From a virus (lineage: Duplodnaviria; Caudoviricetes), in the IMG/VR virus record IMGVR_UViG_3300027659_000206, positions 1 through 24,205 of that record: a stretch of DNA of 24,205 nt; one strand, written 5' to 3'. Within the stretch, counting starts at the first letter, position 1. Each line of letters begins with the position of its first letter. The translations under genes and the position numbers were made by a program. The notes below the pieces were generated by a model. It had not been told where the DNA came from. It did not search any database and worked only from the letters and a program-made list of their open reading frames with translations. Below, one piece after another: positions 1 through 7,695 of this stretch.

Positions 1-942
1 CGGCCGACTATGGAAAAAATCGGTCATATTGTTTCCGAGTAATTCTTCATCAAACCATACTGTCTTTGAGAGCAGCTCTTGATCTATATCTACGAATGGC
101 GCTGGCATTGAGATTTGTTTCATGGACTCATTGATACGATTCTTGATAAACTCTTTTAGAATAGGTGCTGACAAAGATTTTTCATCTATACCATTCACCA
201 TCCAATCCACAATCTTACTCTCAGCCGAGAAAGCCTCTTGGGCTGCACCATGAATACGCTCTTCAAGTTCAGCATCAAACAATTCAGGATGCTCTTGACG
301 AATAGTATTAATAATTTGAACACCAACCAATGCATGAATGTTTTCTTCATTACGAGTATATTTTACCTGTTGATCAGTATCCTTCATCACATTCTTAAAA
401 CGAGCAAAGTGATTAATTACATAGAATTGAGAGAAGAGCGAAACATTTTCAACAAAGAGCGTAAAGAGGATAATCGCATACAAGTATTGCTTTTTAGAAT
501 CCTTATAGAAGCGATGAGTGTATTTACGAAGATACTTAACGCGCCCTTGAATCCACTCAAGCTTAAGATTTTCCTCGAAAATATCCTCTAATTCCAAGAC
601 TGAAAGGAGGCGTTCATATGCGTTGTTATGAATTACCTCAGTATTTGCCATAACATAACCAAGATCTTGAAGGGCAGGATGTGGCAGGTTCTCGCCAAGT
701 TTAGCCCAAAACGTTTTTACCGCAACTTCAATTTGACCGATAGCCGAAAGGGTACGTACAACAATTTCACGCTCTTGATCGCTTAAGTCAACTTTAAACT
801 GCTGAACGTCACTCTTAAAATTAAACTCTTTGTCGGTCCAAAAACCGTTGTGCATGGCCTCGATAAACTGTTCTGTCCATGGATAATAGTTGGGTTTACG
901 ACTTATTTGTTCTTCAAAGATGCTGTGTTGTGTGGTATTCAT
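1..942 (-). CDS. nrdB: Ribonucleotide reductase class Ia small (R2/beta) subunit, 3' end runs off the window
   Basis: Not in the ORF track (no stop in window). Manual translation from ATG at 942: MNTTQHSIFEEQISRKPNYYPWTEQFIEAMHNGFWTDKEFNFKSDVQQF...GQIEVAV...MANTEVIHNNAYERLL. The window edge reads WFDEELLGNNMTDFFHSRP. It has the R2 W-x-x-x-E motif, the ExxH iron ligand followed by the radical Tyr, and the C-terminal DFF motif. Confidence 0.95.
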   Translation of the reverse strand, partial: MNTTQHSIFEEQISRKPNYYPWTEQFIEAMHNGFWTDKEFNFKSDVQQFKVDLSDQEREIVVRTLSAIGQIEVAVKTFWAKLGENLPHPALQDLGYVMANTEVIHNNAYERLLSVLELEDIFEENLKLEWIQGRVKYLRKYTHRFYKDSKKQYLYAIILFTLFVENVSLFSQFYVINHFARFKNVMKDTDQQVKYTRNEENIHALVGVQIINTIRQEHPELFDAELEERIHGAAQEAFSAESKIVDWMVNGIDEKSLSAPILKEFIKNRINESMKQISMPAPFVDIDQELLSKTVWFDEELLGNNMTDFFHSRP

Positions 943-976
943 ATTGGAAAATGTTTATGCAGTGTTGCATATATGT

Positions 977-1005
977 ATTATATACAAAAAAAGGTAACGT
1001 GTAAA
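977..1005 (-). promoter_or_regulatory. Sigma70-type promoter for nrdB (TTTACA-17-TATAAT)
   Basis: Minus strand TTTACA (1005-1000), 17 nt spacer, TATAAT (982-977), about 35 nt upstream of the nrdB ATG. Confidence 0.75.
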
Positions 1006-1021
1006 TCTTTTTTTTACACGT
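985..1021 (-). terminator. Possible intrinsic terminator ending the late cluster, overlapping the nrdB -35 box
   Basis: 9-bp inverted repeat ACGTGTAAA (997-1005)/TTTACACGT (1013-1021) spans the stop codon of 1014..1310. It is followed on the minus strand by TACC and then a T7 run. Confidence 0.45.
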
Positions 1022-1310
1022 CGTGTGATTCATTCATAGCACGCTTACGTATACTACGAAGTGCGCCATTTGTAGAGTCACGTAGCACAATTGTATGTTT
1101 GCTATTATTTTTAGCATAACTATACAGCGCCTGCTGTTCTTCATCTTCCATATTTAGATACTTACTCCAACGTTCAAATTTATTTCGTCCCGTTTCGAAA
1201 CGCCTAAAAATATCAGTGGGTACATTAAACAGTCTCCATGTTGCTCCACTTTTAGGATAGTTTGACGCTGGCATTGCAACGTCACCAGTAACTACTTCTT
1301 CATTTTTCAT
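1014..1310 (-). CDS. Hypothetical protein (T4-like phage late cluster)
   Basis: 98-aa ORF with a 4-nt ATGA overlap with the upstream ORF, co-oriented with the cluster. Confidence 0.75.
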   Translation of the reverse strand: MKNEEVVTGDVAMPASNYPKSGATWRLFNVPTDIFRRFETGRNKFERWSKYLNMEDEEQQALYSYAKNNSKHTIVLRDSTNGALRSIRKRAMNESHDV

Positions 1311-1891
1311 TGAGTAATATCGTGTTGAGTTATGAGTACCTTTTGCTTTGTTTTACAATGTGTGGCGCAAAATACATTTACGCCAAAAATATTTCCAACT
1401 GGAGTCGAGTTTTCCTCTACAAATATTGACGTTTTCTTATAGGCCAATACTTCTCCAGTTAATCTTAACGGCAGGTCTCGTACAAGTGTGTATGTTCCAG
1501 ACCGCAAGCTGTTGTCTTCATTTAGATACCACATGGACTCTTCAAGTTGCATAGCACGAGGATCAACCCCGGTGGTTTCCTTTAAAGCTTTCGCCAGCGC
1601 TCTATCAGAAATTCCAGTGGTTTCTTTTATTAGGTAGAGTGCCGCAAAATATGAAGCAAGTGTAGTTTTACCAAATGGAAGTACATTAAGCATTCGCTTA
1701 AGATTAAACACTAGCTTATGAAAAATGTTATACTTGCTTTTCTCTTCACTAGTTTCGGGCTTTCGTAATACTTTACCGTCCGCATCTATAAGTCCCATTT
1801 TATAAGCTCCAGTTTTTATCCATGGTGTGGTGAGTAGACGCAAAAATCTAAATGCGTAAACTGTGTCTGTTGTGCGTGTTAGGAGTCCCAT
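1307..1891 (-). CDS. Conserved T4-like phage hypothetical protein
   Basis: 194 aa. The FRFLRLLTTPW..AYKMGLIDADG..FHKLVFNLKRML motif resembles conserved ORFs of aquatic T4-like phages. TATAAATA lies at 1940-1947 upstream. Confidence 0.8.
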   Translation of the reverse strand: MGLLTRTTDTVYAFRFLRLLTTPWIKTGAYKMGLIDADGKVLRKPETSEEKSKYNIFHKLVFNLKRMLNVLPFGKTTLASYFAALYLIKETTGISDRALAKALKETTGVDPRAMQLEESMWYLNEDNSLRSGTYTLVRDLPLRLTGEVLAYKKTSIFVEENSTPVGNIFGVNVFCATHCKTKQKVLITQHDITQ

Positions 1892-1895
1892 ATTT

Positions 1896-2264
1896 TTAAA
1901 TTCTTTGAAGTGTTCGAGCTACGTATAGGTCAATAGGTATATTTATATACTCTCCTTCTGGAATATAATTTAAGTATAGCAAGAAGGTTTTTAATGCGGG
2001 CCAGCTGTGTTCATTTACTCGGTTAAAACACATACGAGTTGCAGCTTCAGGATAAAACATATTATGAAATATAATAATATGGTTTAATATTAATCTTTCT
2101 TGAAGTATGTTCTTGTCCTGATACTTCTTAAATAATTTTTTAATATACTTTAAATGAGATAGGTCATCATGAAACTCCTTTATGTCTAAGCAACGGGGGT
2201 TGTTATAATGTTTAGCCGCATAGACTAAAAAATTTTTATCATTTAACTCATTTACCAACTGCAT
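1896..2264 (-). CDS. Conserved T4-like phage hypothetical protein
   Basis: 122 aa. YAAKHYNNPRC..EFHDDL..KYIKKL..ERLILNHIII..LKTFLLYLNY is a recognisable conserved ORF of cyanophage/pelagiphage-type T4-likes. Confidence 0.85.
   Translation of the reverse strand: MQLVNELNDKNFLVYAAKHYNNPRCLDIKEFHDDLSHLKYIKKLFKKYQDKNILQERLILNHIIIFHNMFYPEAATRMCFNRVNEHSWPALKTFLLYLNYIPEGEYINIPIDLYVARTLQRI
1940..1947 (-). promoter_or_regulatory. T4-type late promoter TATAAATA
   Basis: Exact gp55 consensus on the minus strand, about 50 nt upstream of the ATG at 1891, inside the 3' end of the preceding gene. Confidence 0.5.
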
Positions 2265-2284
2265 ATTATAATTTATATCGCTTT

Positions 2285-2599
2285 TTATTTCGACAATAAA
2301 TCAGTCACAGTCTGTCCCTTTTCCCAAAATTTGCAACTCCAATAACGAGCTTTCCACTTTGGACCGATATCAGTGTCGCACTGATGCCGGGCACGAAAGT
2401 TTTTTAATCTCTCTGGGTCGTCTCGTTTAATTTCTGCCTTTGGATCACCAAACCCAAGTTTAATTACATTGCCCTTTTCGTTACGCACATAGACATAAAA
2501 CTTATGCTTTTCGTCATCACTACGAAATGGGTTGTTAAGGCTTACCTTTCGGCCATCATACTCAGCCTCTTCAAATATATATTGCTTAAAACTCTTCAT
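2285..2599 (-). CDS. Small basic phage protein (FRARH-x-C...ARYWSC family) with capsid-targeting-like N-terminus
   Basis: 104 aa. Begins MKSFKQYIFEEA. The FGDP..RLKNFRARHQC..KARYWSCKFW motif is common in T4-like phages. Confidence 0.8.
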   Translation of the reverse strand: MKSFKQYIFEEAEYDGRKVSLNNPFRSDDEKHKFYVYVRNEKGNVIKLGFGDPKAEIKRDDPERLKNFRARHQCDTDIGPKWKARYWSCKFWEKGQTVTDLLSK

Positions 2600-3855
2600 A
2601 CGACACTATTCCAATTAAGAATGCCATAGACATTGCCACCAGTAACAAGTGCTCGGGCAGCAAGAGTGACCGTATCAGAAACTCCAGCTATGCTACGACC
2701 AAGCTGTTGGTCTAACACATACCCAAGTTGTGTATTTACTAGTGATGCCGCCTGGTTAGAACTAGCAAATAATCCGCCATCTTCTACATTTCCTCCCGAT
2801 ATACTTGTCGAGGTTATATTATATTCCACTGCACCGCCACTGGCTGAATGAGTCTCCCAATTTCCGCCAGTAATTGTAGAGTTTCGAAAAATACCATACT
2901 CATATATTGCATTGTTTCCAGTGCCGACAATATGAACTTGTGATGGTATAACAATGCTATCGAGTCGAGTTGAAGCAAGCCTTATACTTACAACGGGGAC
3001 CCAGGTTCCTACTTCAGTTGCTGCGATTGTAGTTGATCGTGTTGCTGCCCACTGCTTTGTTATCTGGTCATAGCCTCCTTCTGAAATAACTGTTGAGCAT
3101 ATTTGCTTCATTGTACCACCAGACCCATTAGTATTTTTAATCTCGTATCGAAGTGGCAAGCAAGCAGTGGTCATGTATGCCGTAGTCCGAACATTATCAT
3201 TATGAAAAATATGTGCAACAGTTGGCCTACCATTTACTACAAATCCACAACGTAAGTCTCCCACGCCGAGCCATTCAATGTCTATCCAAAATATTTGAGT
3301 TTTAGTAACATCCATGGTTCTGTCAGAAAGACCAGAGCCGTCACACTTATCAACGTTCCAATTGTCCTGACGAACTCTAAATTCGGTAGCTAAGCTTGCT
3401 GAGCGCAGTACAAAATAGTTATGCTCACCGTCATTTTCTAAAAATATCCCATTCTCTGCTCCAAAATAACCAACGCGCTGTCTTAATCCAATTGCTGGAG
3501 TTGCCATTGCAAATGTTGACATAATCAACAAGCTTTTACCAGGTTGATATTGCATTACGCGGCGAGACTCTCGAATTACCTCGCTATTTGTCGTTGAAGT
3601 AACAGTTAAGTTTACAGCACTCTCTATTGGAATGTGAGTCTTGGTGCCGCCATTTGCAGTAGATGTATCCCATTTGTCGTTTTCTACATATCGATGCTGA
3701 CTATCAAATAGTGTATGCGGAGTTGAGATACGCAGGCGTCCAAATGCGTCAGTAATACTTCCACTTGGAGTAATTCGATCTGAAAGCATGCCAACCTCAT
3801 ATCGAGCCGCCTTGCGAGTTAGCGTGCTATCAGTTGTTAAAAATTGGGTTGGCAT
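2596..3855 (-). CDS. Putative virion structural protein (beta-rich, Thr/Ser/Gly-rich)
   Basis: 419 aa. Carries DAFGRLRISTPHTLFDS, YQPGKS and IDIEWLGVG motifs typical of a widespread viral protein family. The structural role is inferred from composition and late context. Confidence 0.65.
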   Translation of the reverse strand: MPTQFLTTDSTLTRKAARYEVGMLSDRITPSGSITDAFGRLRISTPHTLFDSQHRYVENDKWDTSTANGGTKTHIPIESAVNLTVTSTTNSEVIRESRRVMQYQPGKSLLIMSTFAMATPAIGLRQRVGYFGAENGIFLENDGEHNYFVLRSASLATEFRVRQDNWNVDKCDGSGLSDRTMDVTKTQIFWIDIEWLGVGDLRCGFVVNGRPTVAHIFHNDNVRTTAYMTTACLPLRYEIKNTNGSGGTMKQICSTVISEGGYDQITKQWAATRSTTIAATEVGTWVPVVSIRLASTRLDSIVIPSQVHIVGTGNNAIYEYGIFRNSTITGGNWETHSASGGAVEYNITSTSISGGNVEDGGLFASSNQAASLVNTQLGYVLDQQLGRSIAGVSDTVTLAARALVTGGNVYGILNWNSVV

Positions 3856-3864
3856 ATTTTATTA

Positions 3865-3892
3865 TTTACATTTTAGATTTGTTTGATATAAT
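3865..3892 (+). promoter_or_regulatory. Plus-strand sigma70-like promoter (TTTACA-16-TATAAT) with no downstream ORF
   Basis: TTTACA 3865-3870 and TATAAT 3887-3892. Same motif as the minus-strand promoters at 977, 17161 and 18704. Confidence 0.45.
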
Positions 3893-3996
3893 AATATAGA
3901 TTCCATTCAATAAAAGCTTCCTAAATATCCTATATAAAACCAGCATCCCAACGGTTCCGGAACGGATGATCTAATACTTATTAAGGCAAGATAGGA

Positions 3997-4725
3997 TTAA
4001 TTATTAGCAATGTTACTTTTTACCTTTGTAAGAATACTAGTATCGCCAGTTATAACGGCAATGAGAGATTGAAAAGTTGAATTTATAAGATCTTTTTGCA
4101 ACAATGATAGAGGCTTATCAGCATCCAACGAACGCATAGCAAGTATAAGTTTAGGAAGATCCTCCTTTGATACAAGTCCAGTTGATGCCAATTGCTTAAA
4201 GCGATTCATATCAATTTCTTCGTCGAGGGACTCAGCCTCTTCAGCAGCAATGCTTTCAGAAACTTCATAGTCATCATCTACTTGTATGTCATATTTAGCA
4301 TCAATTGATGCATACGCATTATCAATTGACATATAGATTTGAGAAACTAGGGCATGGGTTTCGTCATCAATCTCTTCATACTCAGAGAGGGTATTATAGA
4401 TTTCATCAATCATTTCGCCGATATCTTCTAGAAATGTAAGCGTTTCGCCAGTTTTGTCACTTGGCTCCATATCTTCAGCTTCTCTTAAACCGTGAAATAC
4501 TGCTTTCCAAGCGTTGGCTCTCGCGGTGCGATCAACCTTATCTGCTGCGCGAATCGATGCAGTGGTATCAGCATTTGAATATTTTTCCCATGCAGCCTTT
4601 ATTTGTACTTCGGTATGTGAAGGATACATCTTTTTGTGCTGGGTACTAAAATCATTATAATTAGTATACACCTTTTCAGTAATGACTGCGTCGTTCGACG
4701 CTAATATTTCAGATAATTTTTTCAT
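3997..4725 (-). CDS. Acidic hypothetical protein, possible prohead-core/internal protein
   Basis: 242 aa with a very D/E-rich centre and several (I/L)-x-E motifs (ITE, LRE, LDE) resembling gp21 protease sites. Confidence 0.7.
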   Translation of the reverse strand: MKKLSEILASNDAVITEKVYTNYNDFSTQHKKMYPSHTEVQIKAAWEKYSNADTTASIRAADKVDRTARANAWKAVFHGLREAEDMEPSDKTGETLTFLEDIGEMIDEIYNTLSEYEEIDDETHALVSQIYMSIDNAYASIDAKYDIQVDDDYEVSESIAAEEAESLDEEIDMNRFKQLASTGLVSKEDLPKLILAMRSLDADKPLSLLQKDLINSTFQSLIAVITGDTSILTKVKSNIANN

Positions 4726-5657
4726 GCGTCTTGAATGTATTTATTAAAGTTTTCCTTTAGGTCTACCAATGATGAGTATGTAGGAGAAGTGAGTGCATAC
4801 TCATAGAGTGCGTCAGCGTCAGTATTTCCAGTTATGAGGGCAACTATCTTCATCATGCGACGTGTTTGAAGACTAATTTCTCGTTGGTCCTCTTTAAGCT
4901 CAACATCTTCAGTAAAACTAATTCTACGACGCTTAGCTTCTTTTTTAGCAGCCAAGATTTGGGCTCCAAAGACGGGAGACACGCTATCATCGGTATCATT
5001 TTTACTTAACCATTGCTTAAGACTGTCATCTTTCATAGTACGAAAATCGACGGCTTCTCCAAGGTCAACTGACTCGTTCTTGCTAGCTTTATCATTACTT
5101 ATCATTTCTTCTGTCATCCACTTAAGACCGCGTTTCTTGGCCTCAGCAGCAGCAGCTTTAAGCTCCTTTGCAAACTGATCACCTACACGAGCGGTTGTCC
5201 AGTTTATATTTAACCACATCTTAAGGTGTTTATCATCAAACGTTTCAAAACTACGAGCTTCACAAATATCAGACTCGTCCATTTTACCTTCTTTAACATA
5301 TGTACCCTTAACTGGAACCCTAGGCTCGCTAATACCACGAGCATACTGATCCAAGTAGTTTTCAGCATGTTCCTTGGCTTCAGCTGGAGTGTTATAAGAA
5401 GCTGCTCCAAGATACGTCGTTTTACCGGTCCACTTATTAGTAATAAGCGGACGATAACCGCCAAATTGAGATTTTTCTGAACTACATTTATAATCCGTAG
5501 GACTAATTTTAAATGTTGATTTCATTTTAAATGTTGATTCGTTTTTATCCATATATTTTATTATTTTTTGACCTGGTGTATCTTTTAGATATTTATACAA
5601 TAATGCTTTTGTGCCCTCAAAGCCAGCACCATATTCTTCAGCGAGTTCCGAATTCAT
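4722..5657 (-). CDS. Hypothetical protein with a duplicated ~50-aa module, possible internal head protein
   Basis: 311 aa. N-terminal GAGFEGT..KY..DTPGQ motif. Residues 133-184 and 201-251 are similar to each other. Confidence 0.75.
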   Translation of the reverse strand: MNSELAEEYGAGFEGTKALLYKYLKDTPGQKIIKYMDKNESTFKMKSTFKISPTDYKCSSEKSQFGGYRPLITNKWTGKTTYLGAASYNTPAEAKEHAENYLDQYARGISEPRVPVKGTYVKEGKMDESDICEARSFETFDDKHLKMWLNINWTTARVGDQFAKELKAAAAEAKKRGLKWMTEEMISNDKASKNESVDLGEAVDFRTMKDDSLKQWLSKNDTDDSVSPVFGAQILAAKKEAKRRRISFTEDVELKEDQREISLQTRRMMKIVALITGNTDADALYEYALTSPTYSSLVDLKENFNKYIQDA

Positions 5658-6696
5658 GACCTGCTACTCTTTTCATTTGTGCTGTATATTCTGTAAAGTC
5701 TGGCTTTTTCTCGTAATATTTGATTGTACGAGCAGAGTCGTCTTTACCCTTAATTCTCCATTTGTGACCCATTTTAATATGTTCTGGGTCTGTAACTTTT
5801 ACAACACGCCGATCATAACCTGCTTCCCAGGTTTCAGACTTCTCGTCTAATGCTGTTTCCATAATGTCATGTATAAAAAATTTAACGCTTTTTTCAGATT
5901 CAGACAAAACACATGTTACATAGTTTGGGCCGCGACTTTCAATTGTATATCTGCAGTTATCCTTTTTATAAATTACAACGTCACCAACATTAAAAATTTT
6001 ACCAGAGATGTAACGTTCACGCTGTTCGCTTAATGTATCAAATTGAACATGCTTTCTAAAGTTATGGCTTTCTTTAAGTCCCATACCTTTACGAACAGCA
6101 TTAAAAAGTTCTTTAGCATCGCCAAATGTTTTCGGTAATCCCTTTGCAAATGTTTCAAGATCATTTTCAGCAGCTGCACTTCTCATTTTACTAGCACTAA
6201 CAGCAAACGTACTTGTACCAGTACGGGAGTCAACATCAGGGTCACGTTGTCCAGTTGATACTACATTTATGCCATCAGGAAATTTATAGTAGCCATGAGT
6301 GCCTTTTACTCCGTCATACTTACGCAGCAGGCCTTTAAACTCTTCAACGCGGTCGCTTCCAACAGCAACAGTGAAACGCGTGTATCCCTCATCATATGTG
6401 CTTGTAGCCACATCAAATATATTTTTAACAGATCGATCAAGTATAATGTTACGCCCATACTGAGGAAACATTTTACGCATAAACTTAACCTTTTCTTCGT
6501 AACCAAGTGGATTTTTCTTTGGATCTTCACTTTGAGACGCATATATTCTAAACGGTTTCCCCTTAGCAAGCTTTGCTATAGCCTCAATATTTTCTTCATG
6601 GCCCTTTGTAGGTGGGTTAAAGCGACCAAAGGACACTATAATTTCTGAAGTCTTTTCTTCAGTATATGTCTTAAACGATTTTAATTGAATGCCCAT
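5638..6696 (-). CDS. Cytidylyltransferase-like (HxGH-superfamily) nucleotidyltransferase
   Basis: FGRFNPPTKGH, KNPL, VGSDRV, G-x-RDPD and SASKMR motifs. The start was moved from 6894 to the ATG at 6696 (MGIQLKSFKTYTEE, 352 aa) because the longer ORF overlaps the neighbour by about 190 nt. Confidence 0.85.
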   Translation of the reverse strand: MGIQLKSFKTYTEEKTSEIIVSFGRFNPPTKGHEENIEAIAKLAKGKPFRIYASQSEDPKKNPLGYEEKVKFMRKMFPQYGRNIILDRSVKNIFDVATSTYDEGYTRFTVAVGSDRVEEFKGLLRKYDGVKGTHGYYKFPDGINVVSTGQRDPDVDSRTGTSTFAVSASKMRSAAAENDLETFAKGLPKTFGDAKELFNAVRKGMGLKESHNFRKHVQFDTLSEQRERYISGKIFNVGDVVIYKKDNCRYTIESRGPNYVTCVLSESEKSVKFFIHDIMETALDEKSETWEAGYDRRVVKVTDPEHIKMGHKWRIKGKDDSARTIKYYEKKPDFTEYTAQMKRVAGHEFGTR

Positions 6697-6700
6697 AATA

Positions 6701-7387
6701 TTATTTTTGACTAAAACGTTTAGCTTCGCGAGCCCGTATTTGAGGTAGTAGTTTTGAAGCCATTGCCTGTATAAGATTTTTTCTATTTTTAAGCGCCTTT
6801 TCCACTCGTGCCCGAGCGGCAAATGAAACTTCTGATTTGCTTTTTCCGCCAAGCAAGCGCTTTGCAATTTCAGCGCGCGCTGCACGGTTGGCACGTGCTC
6901 TTAAAACTGCAAGTGAAGCCCGTCGGCGAGACGCCCTGATACGACCCATCTTTATACGACTCTTAAGTCGCTTCATTATTTGACGACGCTTTAAGCGTTG
7001 CTGAGGAGTTAACTCTTCAGCTACCACGTCTTCCTTTAACATACTTAAAACTGAGTCACGAGCATTTGTTAAAATACTAATTTTATTAGCGTTTGCTTTG
7101 TCATCATCTTGCTTTTTAAGAGCTTCAATTTCTTTGTTAATGCGACGTAGTTCTGCACCTAACTCATACTTTGACATTGTATCATAGACGGACTCTTCTA
7201 TGTTATGACATTCACATTTACAGTCGCAGTCTTCTGGGCATTCACACTCTGGGTCAGTTTCACTTATCATCCAGTCACGTTTACGTTTCTTGTATGCAGT
7301 GACCATAATGTCAAGAGGATCATAGTCATATGAACCGTCTGTCGGGTCAACAGTTAACAAATCTTTTAAACGTAATTCTTTTTTCAT
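6701..7387 (-). CDS. Protein with Cys-rich linker and Arg/Lys-rich C-terminal domain (putative DNA-binding head-internal protein)
   Basis: 228 aa. CECPEDCDCKCECH at residues 48-61. Residues 126-228 are extremely basic. Late promoter directly upstream. Confidence 0.75.
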   Translation of the reverse strand: MKKELRLKDLLTVDPTDGSYDYDPLDIMVTAYKKRKRDWMISETDPECECPEDCDCKCECHNIEESVYDTMSKYELGAELRRINKEIEALKKQDDDKANANKISILTNARDSVLSMLKEDVVAEELTPQQRLKRRQIMKRLKSRIKMGRIRASRRRASLAVLRARANRAARAEIAKRLLGGKSKSEVSFAARARVEKALKNRKNLIQAMASKLLPQIRAREAKRFSQK

Positions 7388-7399
7388 ATGTAGATTATA

Positions 7400-7407
7400 T
7401 ATTTATA
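7400..7407 (-). promoter_or_regulatory. T4-type late promoter TATAAATA
   Basis: Exact consensus in the intergenic gap, 12 nt before the ATG at 7387. Confidence 0.75.
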
Positions 7408-7412
7408 CTTAT

Positions 7413-7691
7413 TTAACCCTTATGCTGTGCCCACAAGTCAGCGTCTGTAGTAGTACGCGTTTTGCCACCATCTATAAAACTGTTAACACGTGCAAATGCC
7501 CATTGATGTTGGCCTATGCCAGGACGATGGCTGGTTTCCCATGCGCCCATGCCGCGATCATATACCTTTTTAAGTATAGCATATGAGATGCCACTTTCTT
7601 CCGCTTTATTTACAAGACCAACAATCTTTTCTTCAAGTATCGTGCGTGCAATCTCGACTAATTTGTCGTCTTGTATGTTGTATGTTTGCAT
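7413..7691 (-). CDS. Small conserved viral protein (DUF5824-like)
   Basis: 92 aa. SGISYAILKKVYDRGMGAW..HRPG..QWAFARVNSF motif recalled from T4-like phages and algal viruses. Confidence 0.75.
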   Translation of the reverse strand: MQTYNIQDDKLVEIARTILEEKIVGLVNKAEESGISYAILKKVYDRGMGAWETSHRPGIGQHQWAFARVNSFIDGGKTRTTTDADLWAQHKG

Positions 7692-7695
7692 ATGT

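Noticed and set aside
5638-5657. Programmed frameshift fusing the nucleotidyltransferase to the 311-aa ORF
   Set aside because: The 20-nt overlap has no slippery heptamer, and the downstream ORF has its own ATG.
6697-6894. 66-aa N-terminal extension of the nucleotidyltransferase
   Set aside because: It overlaps the neighbouring basic-protein gene in another frame. The ATG at 6696 follows that gene's stop by 4 nt and gives a targeting-like N-terminus.
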